NCBI GenBank assembly: GCA_012517065.1
Contig: JAAYVR010000068.1
Location: 268 to 64,267 of the forward strand
Direction: 5' to 3'
Source: Verrucomicrobiota bacterium
GTDB lineage: Bacteria > Verrucomicrobiota > Verrucomicrobiia > Limisphaerales > J093
DNA: 64,000 bases
Shown here: in pieces, positions 53,937 to 62,100 of the stretch
Numbering within the stretch: position 1 is the stretch's first letter
Layout of the letters: each line of letters begins with the position of its first letter
The notes under the pieces: generated by a model
What the model saw: the letters and a program-made list of their open reading frames with translations, nothing else
Told to the model about the DNA's origin: nothing
The model's database searches: none
Program-made: the position numbers and the translations under genes

Positions 53937-56120
53937 TTAACGTTGCACACTGACGCGGTAGAATCGTGTCTCATATCCGGCGTTTGGATCGATGAAAATG
54001 TTTGTTGGCTGGGTGGCAACGATGTTGTTGGTAAGCAAGGTGAAATTATTGCCTGCGATTCCTTGGGAAACCCAAACTGAGTAGGTACGGCCGATCGCGC
54101 TTGGCCATTCCAGTGAGACTGCATTGCCCAGTCCATGGCGTTTGATGCGCAGGCCAAGCACTGATGACGGGTTTGCCGGGTCTGTGCCGGCAATTTCTTC
54201 ATCTCGGTCAAGGACACCGTCGCCGTCGGTGTCGGCTAACGATGGAACTGGCATCTGCCATTCTACGTGCGGATCGCCGAAAAGCGTGATTTCGTAGTAA
54301 CACCAGCGATAAGTCATGATGCCGCCGGACTCGACATGAGCAATCAAGTCCTGCTTCCCGAACTGGTTGGCGACACCAAGGTAATGAGATTGTTGGGTCA
54401 GAAGCTGATAAAAGAACTGGCGCTGGAATTCGCCGCTGTACTTCGACTCGTCCTGTGAATCATACCAGCCGAGCCTGGAATTCAGGATGGCGGCGAAAGC
54501 GCCGCGGTTGTTCCGTTTCAACAACTCCTCGCCGATGCTGTCAGGGGAGTACCGATCGTTATCGAATTGTCCAACATTGCAACCAACGCTGTATGCGAGA
54601 AATGGGTATGCGTTGCCCAACGCATCGAGATCGGCGGTCTCAATTGCGCGAACCGGGTAGTTTTGCAGTCCGATCAATGTGAAATCGTTGCCATGGCCAT
54701 TGAGGAGCACCAAATGAGGCGATTGATTGAGGGCCGTGATGGCGTCGGCCTTCGTCCACGGGGGCTTGGTGAACCGATCATCCAGCCATGTGATTCTGTA
54801 ATCCGCAAACAGCGGAAGCAGCGGATCGAACATGTCGCCGCCCTGGGCGAGTCCAGTGGATGTTTCGGAGAGCACTTCAGCGAGGAACAGCGCTGTGTCA
54901 GGCCACGGATGGCCGTTAATAGCGTAGCGGATGGTCTTTTCGACAAATATCATCACTTCGGCCGGAGTATCCACCGGGGCGCGGCCGACGAATACTTCGG
55001 AAAGCAAGTCCACGTCTCCGCCGTCATCGCCGTCGTCCGGCTCGCCCCAGCGGCTGTCGCCGTCGCCATTCCAAGAGCCGTCCAAACAGGCAAAATAGGT
55101 ATCGGTCGGAACAATTGGCTGTCCTTGGACGAGCGAACCCATCCCAACGTATGCGTAGCGGCATGGGATAGTTGCAACATCGCCTCCCAGCAACACGTAA
55201 GTTATGCCCCAGTTCGTGTAAGCGTACCTGATGTAATTGCGGATTTGCTCAGGGAGATCGCGTCCGGCATACGAAGAGGCAATTGACTCGACCGTCTGTA
55301 CTTTGACATTGAGACCGCTTGCGGCCTTTGCCGTGACGAGAGGAGAAAACGCCTGGACAAGGTTGCTGCGGGTGATCAACAGATAGTCGAAGACCGGCGT
55401 AATCGCCTGCAGTTTTGCGACCGGTCTCTGCTCGTATTCAGCCAAGAGCGCCGGGTTGTCTATCATGTGTTCTATGCTCTGGCGGGCACGGTGTTTGGCT
55501 CTGGCTGGAACTGATGCGGTTTGAACCGGGCTCTTTGTGACATCGAGAACTACCGTCAGGCACTTGGCAAACACAAGCTCGCCCGTAGCCGGCTTGTACT
55601 GAATGGGATAAACCCGGACAAACGCAACATCGTAATCTGCCATGCGCTGGACCGACGCCAGCTCGGCGCGCACGGCTGGGTAAGGATTCTCGGAAGCGTA
55701 GATGGCCGGATCTGGCCCGTCGTCGATATTGCTCTGTTGCGCAGCGTGGCTGTCGCGCGTGGGGTTAACCGGAGGCCTTGCATGGCCGATTCGCCAAGAC
55801 CCTGGCAATACGCTGGCTGATTCACGCATTCGAGCGAAGACGGCTTCAACTCTTGTTCCCGGCGGAATCAGTAGCCTGATCGTGCGGAACGGCAGAATTG
55901 GCGCACCGGTCCGAAGCAATTGCTGGCAGCCAGCGACGCTGACTTGATCGGACTCTTCCGATGCAATAACCACTGGGTCGGCGAAATCGCAGTCCGCCAA
56001 AATCTGGCGAGCACCGGCGATGTTGGCCGCGCTGACACCGGCTAGCAATGTCATGCACGCCACAACCACCGTAATACGGCGCAGAATTGCGAGCGAGTTG
56101 TGCTGTCCGGGTCTGATCAT
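53937..56120 (-). CDS. Secreted peptidase C25 (gingipain-like cysteine protease) with a TSP3-like Ca-binding linker and C-terminal FYRV-type tail
   Basis: YLLITRSNL...YVLLGGDVATIP (C25 N-terminal region), catalytic-type LLNGHGNDF and YSVGCNVGQFD, then DTDGDGVLDRDEEIAGTDP. The protein ends ETRFYRVSVQR. Confidence 0.8.
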   Translation of the reverse strand: MIRPGQHNSLAILRRITVVVACMTLLAGVSAANIAGARQILADCDFADPVVIASEESDQVSVAGCQQLLRTGAPILPFRTIRLLIPPGTRVEAVFARMRESASVLPGSWRIGHARPPVNPTRDSHAAQQSNIDDGPDPAIYASENPYPAVRAELASVQRMADYDVAFVRVYPIQYKPATGELVFAKCLTVVLDVTKSPVQTASVPARAKHRARQSIEHMIDNPALLAEYEQRPVAKLQAITPVFDYLLITRSNLVQAFSPLVTAKAASGLNVKVQTVESIASSYAGRDLPEQIRNYIRYAYTNWGITYVLLGGDVATIPCRYAYVGMGSLVQGQPIVPTDTYFACLDGSWNGDGDSRWGEPDDGDDGGDVDLLSEVFVGRAPVDTPAEVMIFVEKTIRYAINGHPWPDTALFLAEVLSETSTGLAQGGDMFDPLLPLFADYRITWLDDRFTKPPWTKADAITALNQSPHLVLLNGHGNDFTLIGLQNYPVRAIETADLDALGNAYPFLAYSVGCNVGQFDNDRYSPDSIGEELLKRNNRGAFAAILNSRLGWYDSQDESKYSGEFQRQFFYQLLTQQSHYLGVANQFGKQDLIAHVESGGIMTYRWCYYEITLFGDPHVEWQMPVPSLADTDGDGVLDRDEEIAGTDPANPSSVLGLRIKRHGLGNAVSLEWPSAIGRTYSVWVSQGIAGNNFTLLTNNIVATQPTNIFIDPNAGYETRFYRVSVQR

Positions 56121-56147
56121 GGCGCCTTCATGGCCAATGTCACAGAG

Positions 56148-56723
56148 CTATTCCACCGTTAGATTCTCGATTCTGCAGTCGCCTATGACGACGGTGACCT
56201 TGCTGCCGTGCTTGATGAGGCCTCGTGAATTCCCGAAGAACACGAAATAGGTCCGCCCTTCGAGCAATTGAACCGCTGTTTGCCGCAAAGATCCGAGTTT
56301 GGGTGTCGTGGGCACGCGAAGCGTGCTTCCGGTGGCTTGGTCAATCAGATATGGTTTCCATTCTGCCTTGGCCAGAGGCGCGGCTTTCTGTGGGTCCAGC
56401 ACTTTGTAACGAAAATCGACGAAGTAACCTTGCCCAGAGAGTCTTACGCTTGCTATCGCGACACCCCATTTATCGCGCAGCTCCTCGGGCGCTGTAGTTG
56501 AAGACACGGCGGGCTGAGTTACAGCCGCGTCGGAAGTGCAGCAACTCTTCTCTATACTGCACTGTGGAGCGTTGTTTGCGCAGCACGGCGATGAGCCAGC
56601 ATCGTTGGCTTTCAACGGATTCGAGCCCATTACAGCGCATAGGATAAATGCGGCGAAAAAGGCTGGGCGTTCGTGATTAATATTCATGAGGATGGCTTTC
56701 ATTTTGCAACTGCGATTGACCAT
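56148..56723 (-). CDS. Small secreted Cys-rich hypothetical protein (possible metal-handling partner of the oxidase genes)
   Basis: 191-aa ORF with alternative ATGs at 56702 and 56687. It has a hydrophobic signal segment FFAAFILCAVMG and the Cys cluster SSPCCANNAPQCSIEKSCCTSD, followed by a beta-rich ~110-aa domain. The stop lies 27 nt before the C25 start. Confidence 0.6.
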   Translation of the reverse strand: MVNRSCKMKAILMNINHERPAFFAAFILCAVMGSNPLKANDAGSSPCCANNAPQCSIEKSCCTSDAAVTQPAVSSTTAPEELRDKWGVAIASVRLSGQGYFVDFRYKVLDPQKAAPLAKAEWKPYLIDQATGSTLRVPTTPKLGSLRQTAVQLLEGRTYFVFFGNSRGLIKHGSKVTVVIGDCRIENLTVE

Positions 56724-56792
56724 CGCATCTTGTGTACTGGTTTCAGAAGCAGGATTAACATTTTGCGATGCCGATCGAGTTTGACGCTGAGC

Positions 56793-57725
56793 TCATTGCC
56801 TGGACAGCGACCGTCTGTCATACACAGTCAATGGCGAGGAGCTGGCCGTTTCAAGCAACGCGTCGCGGGTCTTTAAAGCCGGAAGATTCACCGCGTTTTC
56901 AAGCTTTGGATAGCTATACTTGCGGCCGTCTTCGGCAACGATCTTGAGGTGTGTGCCGTTGACGACGGGTATTCGCTCGTCGTAACACGCATTGAGCATC
57001 CTAATCAAAGTTGCTCCCTGAGGACCACCCGAGACAGACGTGGTGATAAACGGCTCGCCATTCAAGAGATAGACGTCTGGTGTCGAATGGATCATGCTCT
57101 TTACAGTGGTGCCGTAGGTGCCATCGCGCACGGCATCATGAACATCGAAATCGATTTCACCAAAAACCCACACCTTTTCCCTGGTGAAAAAGTAGGGCAC
57201 TCCCTCGTACGCCTGGCTCAGAGGACGGGTGTTCGTGAAATTCTTTCTGAGGAGACCGTACAAGCCCATTTGTACTTGAAGTGCCGGATGGGACCCGCTG
57301 TGGTAAAGGTATGTGCCGGCGCTAACGTTCTTCCAGACGTATTGGACTGTTTGACCAGGCTGTGTCTCCTTGACGAACGACCGAGCCCGAGTTCGTCCAA
57401 ATGCGTCTTCAAAAGTGGTGTGCGATGCGTCACGAACGAATCCGTTCTGGCCCGGGATTACCAACGATACTGGCACATTCAGCTCGTTCTTCAGATTGAT
57501 GATCAGTTGGGTGTCTGCGACCGACACTGTAAGCGCGGGGCCGGGCGAGGTGGGCGCGCCATTTCCTATTGCGAATCCCCACATCAATACTTGGCGTCCA
57601 TTGACGGTTTTCGTGTAACTCGCGGCACGCATATTGAAGGTTGCCGCCGAAGCCCGAGGGGCAATGAGCAGGCAGAAGATACTCAGCATGGCGGGTGCAA
57701 GTGACTTGATAAGTAATCGGTTCAT
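56793..57725 (-). CDS. Two-cupredoxin multicopper-oxidase-like protein C, with all copper ligands lost
   Basis: Signal peptide ...LLIAPRASA. It is paralogous to protein B and to the C-terminal region of protein A (PGPALTV..., GTYLYHSGSHPALQVQMGLYGLL), but has VSLVIPGQNG in place of HxHxHG and no HCH or HSH motifs. Confidence 0.7.
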   Translation of the reverse strand: MNRLLIKSLAPAMLSIFCLLIAPRASAATFNMRAASYTKTVNGRQVLMWGFAIGNGAPTSPGPALTVSVADTQLIINLKNELNVPVSLVIPGQNGFVRDASHTTFEDAFGRTRARSFVKETQPGQTVQYVWKNVSAGTYLYHSGSHPALQVQMGLYGLLRKNFTNTRPLSQAYEGVPYFFTREKVWVFGEIDFDVHDAVRDGTYGTTVKSMIHSTPDVYLLNGEPFITTSVSGGPQGATLIRMLNACYDERIPVVNGTHLKIVAEDGRKYSYPKLENAVNLPALKTRDALLETASSSPLTVYDRRSLSRQ

Positions 57726-57779
57726 GTGTTCTCCTGTTTTTCGTTTTCGAGTAATGTTGGTCAGAATAGCAACTGGCCG

Positions 57780-59078
57780 TTAATGAGTAGGGTGAGCGGC
57801 AATGAGAAGGAATGTCATCATGCCGCCTCCAAAGATGTTGTTGTTACAGAGCTCTTTCTCGGCGTGTGAGTGCCACATGTACATGAAGCCCCCGACCGGG
57901 TTGAATCCGCCTTCGCCTGGCGGCAAGGTTCCCAGAGAACCAAGGAACGGACTGCCAGAATACATTTGGCCAAAAGTCAGGTCTTGATCTGGCGGGAGCT
58001 TGACGGGGAAAGGTTTCCCGTGGTCTTCGGCGTATTCATGAGGAGCCAACGGATCCTCTGGGCTGTGGCCATAGACATCCCAGCCGAGCTTTTCCCCCGT
58101 CCATGAGAAGAGAGCATCGTAGGTGCTGCCCGGGCTTGATGGAATTGTAAATACATGGTAGGCAAGGTCTGCGCCCACCGTGCCGCCGGTTTGTCCAGCG
58201 GTTGAAAGGTATCTGCCGTCGCGCGCAATGACTTTTGCGTGGTTTCCGTGGTGATGGAATGGGTGTGAATCACGTCCAGCACCTACCACTCGCATGAGCG
58301 TGACATCGCCGGCGTGGATCATGGTGAGAGCGTCATAGGGCTGGTGCGGCAGCCACGGCGCGTTGGCTGGCAGAACAGTGTCCGGGCCAGTACGCCCGTT
58401 GATGAACCAATATACTGGCCACCGCTTTGTCATATCGACCTGTATTGGTTTGCCTGTTTTTACTTGTTCTTCGACCTGGTCATGGATGTTTTCGTCCATC
58501 TCGCTCAACACGTAGAGGAACTCGTGTTCATAGGTGCTGTCGCTATGAGCATACGCTTTGCGATTGGTGACCGGGTGGTAACCGGTCGGGCGCACGATGA
58601 GCGCGCCCACCAAGCCCATCTCAGTTTGGAGGTCCGGCTGTGAGCCGCTCTCGTAAATGTAGGTTCCGGGCTGAGTTGCAACAAAAGTGTACTGTACACT
58701 CCCGCCAGGTGCAGCCTGGCGTGCAATGGTCCCCTGAATTCCGCCCTGGCTTCTAATTCCCTGCTGTCCAGGGAATATCATCGACACCGGCACTGGCAGC
58801 TCGTTGTTCAATGTGACTTTCACGAGCTGGCCCTGGATAACAATCATGGTCGGACCGGGGTATTGAGCCAGGCCGCTTGCATTTGCGAATCCCCAAAAAT
58901 ACACGCTATTGCCTTCGGCGGTGCTAAGGTATCCAGATTTCGCCGTGAACGTGAAATTCGGGCCGGTGACGCCGTCCACATCGTGCACGGCATGCGCGCT
59001 TCTTGCATTGCTGCAGGCTGCTACAAACCCCAGTATGCATGCCATCAGCAGGGTTGTGTTCTTGGTCGAGCGTTTCAT
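57780..59078 (-). CDS. Two-cupredoxin multicopper-oxidase-like protein B (probable lipoprotein). Domain 1 is degenerate. Domain 2 carries HPFHHHG and WHSH
   Basis: ATG at 59078 gives MKRSTKNTTLLMACILGFVAAC (lipobox-like VAAC). An upstream ATG at 59129 would overlap the stop of gene A (ATGA). HPFHHHGNH is encoded at ~58239-58265 and MWHSHAEKELC has its WHSH at 57864-57875. Confidence 0.8.
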   Translation of the reverse strand: MKRSTKNTTLLMACILGFVAACSNARSAHAVHDVDGVTGPNFTFTAKSGYLSTAEGNSVYFWGFANASGLAQYPGPTMIVIQGQLVKVTLNNELPVPVSMIFPGQQGIRSQGGIQGTIARQAAPGGSVQYTFVATQPGTYIYESGSQPDLQTEMGLVGALIVRPTGYHPVTNRKAYAHSDSTYEHEFLYVLSEMDENIHDQVEEQVKTGKPIQVDMTKRWPVYWFINGRTGPDTVLPANAPWLPHQPYDALTMIHAGDVTLMRVVGAGRDSHPFHHHGNHAKVIARDGRYLSTAGQTGGTVGADLAYHVFTIPSSPGSTYDALFSWTGEKLGWDVYGHSPEDPLAPHEYAEDHGKPFPVKLPPDQDLTFGQMYSGSPFLGSLGTLPPGEGGFNPVGGFMYMWHSHAEKELCNNNIFGGGMMTFLLIAAHPTH

Positions 59079-59125
59079 TTTCACAATGTCCTTTCGCGGT
59101 GAGTTGCTGTGGTGAATTGGTGTTG

Positions 59126-62100
59126 TCATTGGACGATGATCTCGGTCATCATGCCGCCGAAGTCTTCCTCATCATTGCAGAGATGGTTTAGTCTGGCGTC
59201 GTATAAGAAGTATGTGCCAGGTGCCACACCCGCCGTGTCCAGTATTACGTCGGCAGTTTCACCAGCACCGATCGTGATTGAGGTTGTCTCGTAAGAAAGA
59301 TCCAGACCAGTTGGACCGCGCAGCAATTTGGCGTCCTTGCCGATTACCCGCATTGGGATACCGAGCACTGTAACGGTATGGAAATCGGACAGCGACACGT
59401 TCGATAGCCGCAGCAGGATTCGTTGTCCTGCCGTCGCCACAACGCGCGAGTCGATCTTTTGAGATGGGTATGGGTCTTCAAGTCCGAGAACCTCTTGGAC
59501 CTTGGAATTGACGACCGGCGCGGAGGCAACTGTGTCCGGGTAGCCGCGCCCGTTGATTAGCGGGTAGCTCTCGTCAAGTTCAGAGAACGGCAGTGGCTGA
59601 ACAAGGATGTGCTGTTCGTGGAAGTTGCGGTCGAAAGCCGACAACTGCAATTCCTTTTCGACATCGTAGTAGGTTGAGCCATCGCCGTCGTTGTAAGCGT
59701 ACTTGTAGCCTGGCTGGTGTTTTGGGCCTTTACCAGGTGGTAGCTTTGCGAATGTCGGGTAGTCAGCCGGGTCAAGGGGGCCATTGGGACCAATGTGAGC
59801 GTAATTCTGCCTTGGTGTAATGTACAGGGAACCCAGCATGCCCATTTCCATGTGCTCGGTGGCCTCTACGTGGCAGTGGTAAATGTAGGTGCCGGGATCG
59901 ACAATGTTGTAGAAGTATCTGAACGTAGCGCCCACATTGATCACTGCAGACGCGAAAGGCTCGCCATCGAATATCGAGGCCGCCTGCGGGTAACCGTGAA
60001 AGTGCACTGAGTGCGGATCGAACAGATCAGGCCTCATGAGCATCCCAACGTTGGACAGGTCAAGATAGAATTTCTGACCTTCTTTGAGCTTGATGGTAGG
60101 GGCCGGAATCTCTGCCTTGAGCATCCCATCTCGCATGACATGGGTTGGATCAACTTCTGTAAGGTTTGCAAAGCCGAACTGGTAAAGCTCGTTACCGTCA
60201 GCCATTTTCGAGAAACCGTCGCCGCCGGTGACGCGCATGTAATAGTGGTCGTTGTTCGCGTCGCCGTCGCCATCAGTGTCCAGTCCGTCTTGATCTGCTG
60301 GCATCGGCTCAAACACTGGTTGGACAGGATCACCAGGCGGAACGCCTGCGCCGTTGGGCGGAGTGGTAACAGGTGGCGCGACGCCGCTTGGCAATGGTCC
60401 TGTCGCTGGGGCTGTTGTCCCGACATCCACTGAAACAGCGGTGGAGTTGGCCTCGTCGGCGCCGATGTCTGCGGCACTGCCCGAGGGGCGCGCCTGCAGG
60501 TCAATGTCAAAGGCAACTGGAGATGAAGTGGACGCAGCATCGCTTGCTGCTGAACCGCTGTTGATGTGGTAATCACCGTAGTTCGCCTGAACAGGGGGAG
60601 TTGCAGTGACTGACTGTTCGAGACGAACCGAGATATTATTGCCCGCCTCATCTATGACGACTGCCGAATGAAGTGTGTTGTAATACGGCGCAAGGAAGTT
60701 TGGCGTGCCGTAAATGTTGCCGCTGCCACCCGCGTAAGCTGCTGTGAGCACGCAATTGACGGGGTTAAGGGTGGCGGAAGGCTGCTCTACGACGCCGAGG
60801 TCCCATGTTATTGGGTTCTCGAGGGTTTGGACACCGGTGTTGCCGTTGAATTGATACGACCTGTTTTCGTATATGATATTGTTCTCGAGCACCGGGTTGG
60901 CGAACGTCTCTGGAGCGAGGAAAGAAGCCAGGAGAATACCATGCTGGTGGGCCGCTATTCCTGCGACCTGGCGGTCGGATACACTCGAGCCAGGGGCAAA
61001 CACAGAGCGCGAGGTGGCTGTGCTGTCATTTCGTGCGATGGTGTTATGAATTATGCGAGCACGGGCGATATCTTGAAGTGATATGCCCCCGCCAGCCCAG
61101 CCAGCGACATTGTTGACAATGACGTTGTTGATAATGTCGAGCGCGTACCAGTTTTCTTTGGCGGATTGCACGTCTGTGCCGTTGAATGAAGCGACGCGTA
61201 TGCCGCCGCCGTGCCCTGATCCAGCAAGATTGCCCTGGATTAAATTGTTGATGATGGTGAGCGACCCGGCGCCTTGTCCAAGCCCAGCCGGCACAGGCTC
61301 GCCTGCGACATAGATGCCACCGCCATCGCCGCCCACAAGTATCCCGTAGAACACTTCGTTGAAAGCTATGCGGTTGCCAGCAATAAGCCCGTTGGGGCTG
61401 AGCCCTTCATGTGCGATGCCGCCGCCATTCTGACGGCAGAAATTGCCGATGATATCGTTGTTAATGATTCTGTAGCCTGTGGCGCCTGTGTAGATAGCTA
61501 TGCCGCCGGCGCCTGTCACACCGCCGTTCTTGAGAATCTGGTTCCTTTCGATCGTCACGTTGGTGTTGTCATAGAGAATCCCTGCGTTGCCTTGCATGCC
61601 GATTGACACGCCGCCACCGTAAGTTCCCTGATTGCCAATGATGCGGTTGTTACTGATGCGGAGGTCGTGCACGTTGTTGAACAAGCTAATGCCGCCGCCG
61701 GCAATCGAGCCTTTGATCTGGAAACCGTCAATGCGCGCTCCCGCGCTCTTGAACGCGTCCGGGGCCGTGCTGAAGACAATGATGCCCGGCAGTTCATTAG
61801 CGACGAACGGGTCACCCCCAAGCCTGGCTTCTATCAACTCATGCCATGTTGTCACTCTGTCCAGTGGATTCGGGTTGGCGAGTATCACCGTGCCTGCACC
61901 TGAACCCTGTAACCGCACCGGTTTCCACAAGATTGGGTTTTCGTTGTAGTTCCCCTCGCCAACGAGAATGAGATCGCCGGGTGCTGCCGCGTCGATAGCA
62001 TCCTGGATTGGATTCGGTATCGGGTCTGCTTCGGATGGCGATTGAGGGGTAACATAGTGAACATTGCCCGGCCCCCCGAGAGTCAGTGTGACGCCGATTG

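Noticed and set aside
57780-59129. ATG at 59129 (ATGA overlap with gene A) as the start of oxidase subunit B
   Set aside because: It adds 17 polar residues ahead of a textbook lipoprotein-type signal that begins at the ATG at 59078. The shorter form is preferred, but translational coupling via the upstream ATG cannot be excluded.
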